A stretch of DNA of 64,000 bases from Tubiluchus corallicola (Eukaryota > Animalia > Priapulida), in assembly GCA_030141605.1 (NCBI GenBank), contig JAQGDQ010000046.1, forward strand, positions 620,001 to 684,000, read 5' to 3'. The notes beneath the pieces were generated by a model, which saw only the letters and a program-made list of their open reading frames with translations, had not been told where the DNA came from and did no database searches. Below, in pieces: positions 27,401-41,100 of the stretch. Both the position numbers and the translations under genes were made by a program. Positions within the stretch are counted from its first letter, which is position 1. Each line of letters opens with the position of its first letter.

Positions 27401-30400
27401 TATTTTACATTAGCTTTTATTATAAATATAGCTTTTTAAGAAAATTTTTTTAGTAATTAAATGTATGCATAAAATAAATCAGATTCAAATCAGAACTTTA
27501 TTATTTTGCCATTATTAACATGGCTAAGTTGCTGTGTAGCAAACTTGTAAATGTTATATCTTTTAAAACTACACTTAAGTTCACTTGTAACATAGAAAAC
27601 TTACTGAAATAACTCTGAAATGACAGTTTTGAAAATGATGACTGCAAATCTTGCAATCAGCAATTCATTGTGAAAGCATCACAGTCACAGAAAAGTTAAC
27701 AGGATGACAGCCCACCTTAATAAGAAGCTCGTATCTTGGTATTCTTTGTACAGGCATAATAAGTAGAGCATCTAGGCTCAGTTTTCCTCGATGTTCTCTT
27801 GAACAGCTCTAAAAGAGAACAGAAAATTTATTGCTGCATGAAGTGGAGTTCAAGGATGAATGTCACAGTAGTTTTCTTCTATGTGACAGCTTTTCTTTGC
27901 AGGAAGCAGCATATTTTTTCACTCTTGCAGAAAATTAATAAGCAAGCCTATCATTATGTTTAAATACGCTCAAAATATTAACACTGACAACTGCCAGTAT
28001 ACAGAAGTAATGTACTTTCTAAATGTACTCATGTTTAGTTCATTACTTTACATATAATGATTATAATGACACAAATATTGGACAACCTATATCATAATAT
28101 TATGTGATAAGTGCCATACATACCATTTAATCATAGTATTAGGACGCGCTCGATTGCTGTTATATAATATTATAATAAAGTATAATGGCACGCGTGTGTT
28201 AGGCTTAGAAGTGTGTTATATTATAGAAATCAAGTTTAGTTTATTACAGGTTTTGTTGATTGAAATTGAAATTGATTTTATGACCACCATTATACGTCCT
28301 GAGTCTTCACAAGCAATCAAATTTCAGTAATTTCATCTGTTCTTGGCTAGATTTTCTGTCAGCCATTTCACCAGAAAATTTTTAAATTACTCCTCGTTTT
28401 CACGCAATACATCTATTTCACTAGCTTCGTCATCTTCACAACTATAACTCTGGTCGGATTGCACTTCATTGGCCATTGTTTTTGCTGTTCAATGTCCTCG
28501 AGCTGTTTTTACCTTTGGCTTCCTATATTCTACTCATGAAGACTTCGATTCTTATACTGTAGATTGGTCTGCCATAATTTAGATAAATGCTATTGCAAAA
28601 GAATTTTCTATTAACCGGAGACATCATTACTATCAGCATTTACATAGCTCTGCTACTCTATGCATGCAGTAGAAAATGCGGGCAAAAGGACGTACGTGTC
28701 AGTTTAATCTGAGTAATCTTAGGAAGCCAGGTAAATGAAAAGTAGAAACTGTTTTACTGCGAGAAAATTCTTACAAGCGTTGATCAATCATGCATTGCGA
28801 CACGAAAATAATGCAAGTAATTCGTTTCATTTAAATTAATTGTTGGGCACTTAAGTAATTACACATACACTATGTTATTGCTTATGCTAAACTTAAAATT
28901 TACATAATTACTTCCAAAATTTAGTGCCCCCAAAATTTGGCGCCCTACGCAACTGCCTAGTTTGCCTAGTGGTAGAGACGACCTTCTAAAATTACACCAT
29001 AAATTTAAATACATAAATCACTATCTAAATAAAACTTACGTACCTGTACATAACTAAAATCACATCAAGTGTCTCTGGTCTCTGTGTAAATTATTTAAGT
29101 AATTTTGTCTGTAGAATCGTGACGGCAATGCGCCGCAATGGGCGGTCAAAGGGCCACCGGACAAAGGACAACAGGTGCATGGACCACAAGTCAAAGAACC
29201 TTCTTCATCACTTTAAAGTGGTCAAAGGACCACCTATTAACGGGATGGAAATGAATACCAACCAATCAAAGGACCATCAGTGCACGTGCTGATAGCGGCT
29301 TAAACAAAATTGCAATTTCCACTTAGCCTTAACATTTTATTTAATAAAGTGTGACTGATAATTTTAGGGTGATAATGATAATGATTGACCAATGTGTTAA
29401 GGTTCTTATTTTATTTTCATTTAACATTTATTTCGCACATTAAGCACTCAGCTGAACACAAGATTAACAGACAAAAGATCAATAATGTAATTCAAGACTA
29501 ACAGGTAAAAACTAATTAGATGCTTTAAGACCATTAACGCAACGTTGTTTTTATTAAGTAGGTTTGAGGATAGATTTTTTTGAGAATATGAAAACGTTTT
29601 TTTGTCAGAAATGGTGCTCACCTAACCGTCATCGCAAATTTTTCGCATGATTGATATTCGAACTACGACACTTCGGAATTCTAAAAGAAGGCAATCATAA
29701 ATCATTTGTTTCGTCATTATGTTTCCCCATCGCCGCAAGGAAGATGTAAAACTTGTTACTCTTTTTGTTTGATCTTAATTAGTGTCTACAGTGACAGGTT
29801 CCGAATTAATGTAGCCGCATTTTTTCAATCAAAATTTCATGCAGATATGGCTTTCTTATAAAAAAAACTTCCGCAGCTGTGTACTTCCGATTTCTTTCTT
29901 CTTGCCGTTACGTGGACTGCTGTTTTTTGTCTAATGTTAATTAGCGAAAAAAAGATTAGTCGAGGAATAAAACTGAGATCAATTGTTAGGAGTTACACAA
30001 TAAATGTAAATCTTGTTAGCTTAAATACACCTGAACCCAAATCCCAACAAGATGTACTAATTTCGAATTAGTATTTTCACTTAGATGTCTAATGAAGTCA
30101 GACATTGTAGCAAAAAATATTTTTGTCAAAATCAGATATTTTGGTTAGCTGGTAACCATCTATAAGTAGTACATCTGTAAATACAAGATACTATTTCCAA
30201 ACTGGTAATATATTTTACATTTATATGTACATATGTATTTAAATTTCAGTGCATAAATACAATGTAAACTACATTGTTTGGTGTAATTAGCCAGTGTGGA
30301 AAAATAGTTTCAAACATCCTTTTCGGTATTTAATTAGTCTGTGTTGCGCTGCGTAAATAGAAACTGCTGTATACGCATCACGCATTAGGCGCATTACGGA

Positions 30401-33400
30401 TCAGGCATCACGCATTACACGCACTTGGACTCGTACCTTTAGACACATGAAACAAACGATTATGCAATCTGGTAGCTGACTCTATACGTGCGTAAGGCCT
30501 AAGTGCTCAGAAAGGTGACTATAACATGACTTTTGCCATGAAGGCAATGGTACCCAATGTCCTGGTGTGGGATGTGGATGGCAACGCAATTGTGCCAGGT
30601 GTTGCAGCGAAATACCAAAAACCAGTTCAGTGGTAAGCCGGGTTGATGAAGAAACTTCTAAGTCCGAGTCTGAGTCCGCAGAAGAAGATTCTGATTGAAA
30701 AGCAAAATATTGTTCCCCACATTGGAATTTCAAAGTAAACTTCATATTGGAATGAAAAAAATCTATGAAACTTGTCTCAGTGGAAAATTAGTCTAACAGA
30801 GACTAAATTTAATAGCGCACTTTGAAAAGTTGGTTTCAAAATTAGTCTCACACAAACCAATTACACCAAAAGTGTAGTGAATAGAAGGTACTGACAAATA
30901 ATTTTATCGAACAGAACTTTATAGTTTGACCTCTGTGAAAAACAATAAATGTCTTGACACGAGTAAATGGCTGATTACTGAGTGGTCTGTTAATTTTATT
31001 TGGTGATCGTTTAACCCGTGGCCCTTTGTCTTTTCAGATGAATCTTTAGTAGCCCTTTGTCTGGTGGTTTTACTAGTGGTCCTTTGGCTAATAGTCCTTT
31101 GACCATCAACTTAGATGAAACTTGGCACTGTGTTCCACTAAAGGAATAGAGTAGTAAAACTAAGGATACGGAGTTTGCTGGATGTTATACTTGTTCATCC
31201 TTGTTCATCTTGGGAGTACAATAACTGAGTGTGTGCTTGGTACTGAAGAGAATGCAAGCGCAAAAGCTCCAAGAAAACACCCTTCAGAAATGAAGCTTAA
31301 AAATACGTCTTGAAATTTTATGTCACTTACATGCTGTCTTATTGGACACAGAACTTGAGTTAACAGTAACGCTGCATAAGATTTGTAAATTTAAACTACC
31401 GCGATGATCGTTAGGCGCAGCAATTTTAGCGATAAGTCGTTTGCTTCAAGTTTAGATTATAAATAACATTCCGTAAAATTTGAAAATATAATCACAGCAT
31501 TCGTAGCATTAACTTCTCTAACTAAGCAAAAGTTTAAACTAGTTTATATTGCCAGTAAGATTAAAAATAGATTTTTTGGTGAACGTGTGGTGCACACTGG
31601 GATGGTGATTTTTTACCAGATGGCGCCAATGTTTTAAATTATTAAGAATTTTCTAATTACATAAGCCTTTAAACAGCTAAGCAAAATGCTACTTATATAA
31701 CTTTCTATGGAAAGTTTTTCGAGACATACTGTACTTTAAAATCTCCTTTCCTTTCCCTTTAAGCAATGCCGAGCTTGGCATGTGATATGTTTGTGTGACT
31801 ACTAAGGAATTTCACTCTTGGGGAGTCTGTGTCACAAGGAGTCTAGGTGCTGAAATATTTCGTTCATTTAGGGAAGATGTACTTGCATCCGAATGTGACT
31901 GTGACAATTCTGCCAGTTCCGTATTTCATCTCAGAGGATTATCTTGATAATGAAATAACGATAATCTGATCCTGCCATAAGATAACATTAGCAAAGTCCT
32001 GTCCTTGAGTTCTGCTTAGTGACATGCGGTGCAACAAAGAACTATAAAAAATATCGCGAAAGAGCGTAATTTATTAGGCCAATTTACACCCCAAGATATT
32101 CCCTAATCTGTATAATTCGCAAAGTCTTTGCGTTTTCATTTTGTACGTTGTTTATTAAACTTTAATTGAAATCCTAAGAAAATCAACTGAATTTGAAGTG
32201 ATTACATGCGGCAAATAATACGATGCAAATTATTTTGAGAAAACAATTTCATTTGAAAAATGAGTTTGAAATTGCAGCAACTATGTTTCAAAATAATTTT
32301 TTCCAAAACAAAACCTTTAAGCACTGCGTCATTTTTGATGATTCTCATTTCTTAGTCAAAGTGCGCCGAGAGAGAGGAGAGCAAAAATAGAGAGAGAGAG
32401 AGAACAGGAAGGGAGTGGAAGAGAGTAAAAGGGAAAGAGAGAGAAAGAAAGAAAGAGTATGAAAAGACGAGAGGTAGAGAGAAGTGGAAAAATTGAAAGG
32501 GGGAGAGAGGGGAAGAAGGGATGGATTTAGATGGGAGCGCGGCAAAGGGAAAAAGAGAAATCGAAGGCTTTATATATCTTACTAAAATAGCAGAATTTTG
32601 ATATAAAAACGCAAGTACGATTTTTTTTGTTAAAAATTTTTCTGCAAATTGTTTTTTCAGTGAAAAGACTTTTGTAGAAAAAATATTTTCTGGTAAAAAG
32701 GTTTTCTGGAGTCATTTTTTCTAGGAAATGATTTCTGTGTGAAACAAATTGTGAGAAAAACTTTCTCTGGGCAACAGACCTATACCACATCAATGCCATT
32801 TAAAAATTCGCACAACCGGAAAGGTCTTACAAAACTCGATCTGAACTGGTGCCAAAGCATTTATGTGTTATGGCCTGCTGTTGCATATGATAAATAATCA
32901 TGGGAAATTTTCTAAACAGAAACACGTTGGTCTACTGCAAATTCAGCAGTACATCAATAAAGAACTGAGAGTCACTGCCAATACAAACATCAGATAAACA
33001 AATTAGTGAGTACAACATTTCAAAACGACACAAAGCTTTTCCATCGACATACATAACAGTGATGCAAGACTGTGAAGAATTTTTGTTGAGTGTTTTGTGA
33101 AGTTGGCTGCAACTATTTAGGAGTTAATAAAATTACTTATGAAGAACGCTAAAGTTTTGCATCAGTAATATTAATCCAAAGAATGTACTAAATCACACGG
33201 ACTGGCATGGCTGAGTATTTAACCTATAGCTGGTTCTAAAAGCGTGTACGGTTCAAAAATATGGCAAGATAAGCAGCTCACTTTAAAATGATTTGATGGG
33301 GTAAATCGTAGTTTAGCATCTCCTGTATTTGACAATGCGATCAGAAGTTCTAATGTTACAGCAATATCAAATTTACAAAACTCTAAACTGGAATATGACA

Positions 33401-34941
33401 GCAAAACTTTTTCCACTGAAATTAGGAAATTAAGCTGCCCCACGTATCGTGCCTATCATTTATTGAGCTGTTGCCTCTGGAGTTATAAAATCTGGAAATT
33501 TGCCACAAAGAACATATAATATAAAATAGAGGACAGGATAAATGGTCCCTTCCAAATTAGATTACAAAGGTGTTTTTGTAAGTACTGTGTATAGACAAAA
33601 ATGTCTCCAATATTTGTTTGTTTAAAAGACTCAATTATATATACCTCTAAAAATTTGGCAAATGCAGGTTTAGCAGCAATGGCAGCTTTTATGGATTCTT
33701 TGGCATGTTTCCAGTTATTGATGAAAGTTGTGTAAGTGTCTATAACTGGTTGCTTCGTGAACTGAAAAAAGAGAAAGGCAAATAATTAAATTTGGTTAAT
33801 TTGAATCTACTGAACAAATTAAGAACATCGATATTTGATTTCACACGAATAGATTACATAGGCAATGTAGTACAATTTGACACTGACACTGCAGTAAAAT
33901 GTCGCAGTTCAGGACAGATTCTGTGTGAGTTGTGAGGAAATAGTAGCTATTCTCATATCTGCTATGGCAGGTATGCCATATTGCTAAAGGATATACAGAC
34001 CAGGTCATCATCTAACAGACAGCCAAAAAAATTAAATATTACCTTCTTGTGTCATTTTATTTGATTTGATTTACTTGCAAATTACAAATATTGGAAACAA
34101 ATATAAAAACAACAACATGTGTAAATCCTGCAAGGATAATAATACATCTTAGACTTATTATATAGCTTTTGAAAAGAAATGGGGCCACAGACCAAACTGC
34201 GGTCAGACCCACATCTAAAACAGAAACAAATTGATGCAATCCAATAATTAGAGCACACTCAGACTGGGTCATGACCTATCCACAGATCATGACCAACCAT
34301 GCTTCACTTTGTTACATAAAGCATCATTTTTGTTACATAATGATTGTTACATAATGACACGAATTTTGGGATTTGTTAGATAATGCAGCATCTTTATTGC
34401 CTAATGAGGCTTTTGTTACATAACGACCCTTAACAGACGTGCATTTATTAATCATTTGGTGGACGCTGATCCCAAATCATTTTATCATTTATGTGCCTTG
34501 GGAAAACTTCCAGCACGGAGCGAGTTTTTGCTAATTCTTTTTATATGGGACATGTAAAGTTTTTAAAGTCAACTTTACAAGAACATGCTTAGTGGAGTAA
34601 AGCTGCATTAACAAAATGACTAGTCCCCCCCCCACCAGATCTGGTCTTAGAAACCTTAGTTTTAAGCCCGTCTAAGACTATTCTATTCCTCAGAAAATGA
34701 AACAGGCATAATATGGCCGCCTAGGCAATGAAAGTTAGATGAGCAGAATTAAGGAAGCCATGCAGCTAAAACTTCAGCAGTTAATTAACCGCGTCATGTG
34801 GCTTCCCACTATTTAACTTCATTCGCTGCATGTGTACTGATATTTGGTGTTCGCCGGCAAAATGAACTCTTTTAAACAAATGAAGGAGAATTTAAATTTA
34901 TGTATTATACTATATTCTACCAACATTAATATACAATAATA

Positions 34942-35008
<67 letters not shown>

Positions 35009-35024
35009 CGACGATGACGGTGAC

Positions 35025-35111
<87 letters not shown>

Positions 35112-38100
35112 AATAATAATAATAATAATAATATAGTAATATAATATCAACTGTGCATCTAAATATAATTTTTATGGACTATGACAAACCTTTCGTGTAT
35201 GCAGGAACAATATGAAGTTAACATGGCTATAGACGTAACGAACTAATCTGATTACTAGCACAAACAGTACTTTATCAGCAGCGTCATCATCTTAATCATC
35301 ATCACCATCATCCTCGATTATCATCATCATTATAATCGCCATCATCAAATGCTTGGATATCTCTCACGTCAGGCTAATTTTGTTTTCACAGTAACTTTCA
35401 CGAATACTTACAGAATTGACAATGACGTCACCGACTTTTTGTCGGTTATCCCACGTATCCATGCGGTTCTTGAGAGCTTCCAAAAAGTTCTCATGATGTA
35501 CCAGAATTTCTGGAATTTGAAAGAAAATGTCGTCGACGATGGAAGCGTCCACAATGCCAGCATTTTCTGGCATTTTAAGAGGTCGAAGGTATTTCTGAAA
35601 AAGTAAGCAAAAAATTACAGTATAAGCGGTCAAGCCCATTATAAAAAAACAGTTAATGAGTTGGTTGATTACAGAGCAGCCAAGTCTAACACGATGAATT
35701 TTAATAGTCCAACAAGACCAGAGGCAATGCTAACAGAAGGAATGTTAATAGAGCCAAGCTCAATTTTAATGATACCAAAAACTGACTTTCCCAGTTTGTG
35801 TAGATCTTACAATTTTTTTATAATGTGCACTCATGAACATTACACTGTAAGCTTACGAACTAAAACGGGCTAAACAATAAAAAATCGTAAAGTTTTGGAA
35901 ACAACTGACAACGTGTAATGGCAGCCAAAAAAAGCTTAAGCAAAGCTAATCAAAGTATAACTAAACTTGGTCGAAGATACAGAAGTGCTATTCTGCGGCC
36001 AAAAGTCAAACGACGGTGTCAAACACGCTTATAAAAAGTGATATGTTAAACTTTGTTTGTCAGAATCTCAAGGCACATGGGCATCATATGATATAGCATT
36101 CTGTGTAATAATTAAATAGTATCAGCATGTCATCGAATACACGAGAATATGCAAACCCCGAAAAACTATGGACCAAGTGTTAAGCAACGATGTCTGCAAT
36201 AATTGCAGGAATATGCAATTAAATAGCTTATTTCAGGCTGACGGTAAGCCTTTTAAACTTTTCCTCATCGCAAACTCGTTATTTTTTTATTATAAATCTG
36301 GTTATCTTCCTAACGAGTCAAGCACAGTTCACGAGAAGTCGTGCATATCACATGACGCATGAAGCCACGCATTAAAGACGAGACCGGTACATATGTCTAT
36401 GATAGTGCCCTATGTGTTGACAATAGAAAAATGGCTTCACTATCATTATCGCCATCATGCCAACGGAGTGTACATAAATCAACACCATTTTTAACGGATA
36501 AAAAATTCCAAGATAGAACCATTATTACGCTGATGTAGGTTACAAGTTTACCGAGTCTGATGAACCGAAAATAAGACGCATCAGGCAGGCCAAACGACCT
36601 TCGCCTTTAGTGCTCAGCGTAAAAGTTTCAGAGACTTTTGAACGCTGTACGTGCATCACAAAATGTTACTTCAAATACAAAAAATTTAATGAGATTGTTC
36701 TAAACTCTCAACAACAAATTCGTAATACAATGTGTTATTACAGTGAAAACTTAGTGCCGAATGTACCGAAGCTAATAGCTTTAGCCTCAAAAATGGTCTA
36801 CTGTGACTATTCTGTATTCATATTTCAGAAGCTCCACACTAACGATAATCAGTGTCGTTTACTTCACAAATCCCACAGTTAAGGCGAAATCCAGAATGTA
36901 AATTGTCGTATCAAAACAACACAATAAAACGTGTACTACAAAATTTTTAATAACGTTGATTACAGTAACAGATTTCTCAAAAACAAAACATGTTTCGATA
37001 AGCTACTACCGCTTTCAGATTTCTTCCAGGAAACAAAACGGTTGCAGTTTATTAAATCGTACCTGCTCTGCACAGCATGAGCCCCAGAATGGCGATAAAG
37101 GAAATTACAAACAGTTTCTGTATCAAGTGAATACCGCCTGGTAATTATAGTAAAATACGAAAAGTATCACGAGCTAGTTGAAGCAGCCGGTCCACTCTAT
37201 AAGTCAAACGTACCGTAACATGTTTCTTGTATGTAAATTTCCTAACTGGGTCAAATTTACCCTCGCATCTGAAAATGATAGCAACAGACTAAACTCAATT
37301 TTGTCTGTCACGTTATAATTACTACATTCCTGTTTGGCGATTTGGGCAAATCGCTAAAATTTTGCAATAGCAGAATTTTGTACTACAACAATCTTTTTTC
37401 ACATATGCAAGAAATTCCCTGAATAGTTCTTGCATTAATTTTGCTGCAAAACTATAAATTATCTTGAAACAGAAAATTTATTTTTACTTATTTGACTTAT
37501 TGATATTACTTGCTTACTGCGCCCTCTATTTTCCTAATGAGCGATCTTGATTAATTAAACAATTAATCGAATTAATAATGATTCACACACCGATTGCTTC
37601 CAGACAATTGATTAAGCCGTTCTATCAATTGCCCGACTCCGAGGGCTTCGGTTCAGTCGATAAGGCAATGATCTGGTCCTACACAATTGTAACGTCGAAC
37701 TTGTGTTGTGAGTCAGATCTGTATCCCTCGAGTTTACAAGCGAGCTCCCGCAATGAGCTGTACACTGCGAATCGTTCAGGTTCGAATCAAGGATTTAGTG
37801 TTACGATTATGAGCCACAGGTAACGCATTAAACATCGACACAACTCTGCAGTTAAGTTAACTCAGTGAATAGTTTATTGCAATTACAAATTACACTTTGG
37901 GTTATACTTCAAAACGATAAAGGATTTGTTCCTATGCGCTGGTGAGCGCTTACAAATAATCTTAAGATCCAAAGAGATACTATTCACAAAGACTGTTACT
38001 TAAGTTGCGATGCTGCGCTGAAGGTGCTTAAGTTACACATCCAATACTACGTTACTGATACAAACGGTTATAAGGTGCAAGTTACAATAAGTAAAATAAA

Positions 38101-41100
38101 TTCACTTAACTCGCGGACTGGCCAATTTACAATTGTTATTGGCCAGGTCCTTGTTCCTCTACGAGACCTCGCGGCACCAGTGCTTTGACTTCGCAAAGTA
38201 CGCAGTAGAATCACCACGCTGGGCTAACGAAAATCTGACGTCTTGCAGAATGTCTCGGATACAAGAACACGGCAACAACTGTCCTCCCCTCTCGCTAGAT
38301 ATGTGTCTGCGCGCTTTGAACTTTTTGCCAAGCTTATAAAGCAAAAGCTCTTTTTGTCACGCATTGCGCATTGACCACTGAGGATTGCATCATCTCTGAT
38401 GATTTAATAACCCAGAAGTCGCAATCTTACCTCCTGGACAGTGAGTAATGTTTTGCAAGCTACTTTATGATCGATAATTGCTGCTACTGGGTTTACACAA
38501 AATGATTTCTTTACTCGCAACTCGACAAATGGTCAGTACTGGCCTTATTCTCTTGTTCGCTAATTGGTATGCACACTGTTAACAAGCGACATCTCTTTGA
38601 ATTTTGCACCTGCCTGTTTCACTACTCTGCGACATCTCTGCTTGTTAAATTTAAACTCTTGAACTCATTAAATTCAAGCTACAAGCTGGGCGAGTCCCCT
38701 ATAATCAAATTGTATGAATTTCCATATCAAACTCAGGGAGGAGTGGTCTTATCATCATAATCTAATTCATCTGATAATTCCAATTAATATCTAATTAAAT
38801 TCATATTCCAAATTTTATTCATAACAATTTTCGTAACCAGGGGTGGCTTTAAAGCAAAACTGAACCCAATCTTAAACTGTCGCTCAAAACAATCTACTTT
38901 TTAAAATATTGAAATGAAGCATACTCTTTTTTTCAAAAATGACTTACGTGAAGGAATTATTACCACACAAACACAATTTCGCGTTCGCGCCATTAGTTTT
39001 TCGTTGTTACATGCATTTCGCCATTCGCTAGTTAGACGGGTACTAGCGCCTGCATTGCGGAAACGCATTGTACAGAAGACAGGTGCTGTACCTCTCAGTT
39101 CAGATATGTTAGTTTGTGGCGAACTAGATACGTTCGACAGCTCCTGTGTGAGCACAGCGGTAAATTTGAAATTTGAATTTTTATCTTAAAACTTGCCTAG
39201 TTTTAATGCAACGCCCTGAATAAATTGCAGTAGCACTGTACTTCAATTTTCGCTAACGCAAACACATGTAAAACATGCTCGTGGAATATTTTTGCTGTTA
39301 AAAATTACGTTAGTTTGTGATGTCATCAATAGCTGGGCTCGCCGGCCGTTAATTAAGCTTTTAATCTACCATTTAATTACCAGAAACACTTTTGCAGTGT
39401 TAATTGTGTTAAAACGTATACTTTTTGTCGGACTAAGGGTAGTGTACCAAAAATCATACTGTCTTCGTTTAAGATTCGTGACGCTGCCAATTTTTATCAA
39501 TTTCGCAAATATCTTCAAAACTGGAGATAAGTAAGATGACGTACAAATAAAAAAGAACTAGAAGCTTTCTCTTCTTACGACACACTGTAAATTCAATTAG
39601 CAATAGCATAATCGGAAAAAACTAAATTATTTATCCCGCTAATGAACCACGAGCAGAATAATTTATTCTTTGGTGTTGATGGTCAGACATGAGAGACAAC
39701 GCCAAAAGAGACTGGGAAGTAAAGCATCAACTAGTTCTCTCAATGACCCCGTTTTCACCTGTGGGGACTGCGGCAGAGACTGCCATTCCAGGATCGGGCT
39801 CTACAGCCACAGCAGACGCTGCTCCAGCTCCACTTTATGGCGCAACCCATCGTCTTCATAGACGGACGGAGGCCGACCTGGTGTTGATGATTTGCTAGTA
39901 TCCGTCTCACTGAATAATTCCAAGTGTAGAACACGGTCACAGTAATGCACAAGATGACAGCTGTGTACTCTTGATCTTATGCACGTAAATTTCTTTCTTT
40001 TCTATTTCCCTAAACTAATCTCTGGGTCCTAGAATGTTAGCAGAGTAGATCGTGAACATATATGGTGAAACATACTACGAAAAAACAAATGAACGTCTTT
40101 TCACTTAGAGATAAACTATCTACCACCATTGTGTTATTTAGGCGTGTGCCGCCCCTCCATTCAGAATGAGAAGCTGCCAAGGCTGTGCTTCTAAACCAAA
40201 ATTAGCAGGTAATTATAATTAGACCTGCTCGCAACAAAAAGTTGAGCAAGGTTAAATTAAAATAAACGGGAAACATGAGCGGCATACAAACAGTATGCAA
40301 TAGAAACATCGACGAAATTCAACCATTATGAATACCGTTTGCATTGTATAATGTCCCTGCTATTAGCCAACTTGACAGCAAAATACTTGCAACCGCATTG
40401 CGCTGATTCAGTGAAGAAAATAAAGTGTCCATATAAAATTAGATACATTTTTGTCGAAAAATTACTTATACGGGGGCTACAAAAAATTTCTAAGACAAAT
40501 AATAACCGTTTTGTGACACTTTTTAACTATAATTTATCTTACAAAAATAATTAAAGTAAAAGATTAATTTACAAAAAACTCAAATATATATATATATATA
40601 TATATATATAGAAAGTCACGAAACTAAATCTCAGAACTCATATCACTCCTACAAGGTCACTCAATTTTCAATAAATTCATTCATTGGCACAGGTAGCAAA
40701 TTAAAAAAACACAAAGGCAAATATCTCACTAAATACGGTACCTTCTATTTTCGGTCAATACAGAGAAAATTACATTTCGACCTAAACAAACTGATTCTTC
40801 AAAAGTAGAGGTTGATATAATTTCTACAGAATCTATACTAAAGAAGAATAAAGACTGTTGACACAGTACAGTGTGCAAAGCACACATAACATAGCCACAC
40901 TGCTGCAAATTCTCGCAAATATGCAAAAACTGTTTTACCAGCAAAAACGCAAATAATAGGATTACCGATGACCAGTTCTTTTTGTTTGTTGACTCCAATC
41001 TCGTAGCATTTGTGCTGTACATCAGATAAAGGACACGTGTACGAGTTAGTGTAAGCAAACGTTACACAAACCGTAGGTATAATCAACAATTTATGCTACC

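Noticed and set aside
28130-28700. piggyBac-like relic (AGGACGTA/TACGTCCT motifs, acidic minus-strand frame)
   Set aside because: No TTAA-flanked TIR pair and the frames are full of stops; too decayed to call.
34926-35150. Poly-Met and poly-Ile ORFs
   Set aside because: They are translations of the (GAT)n microsatellite.
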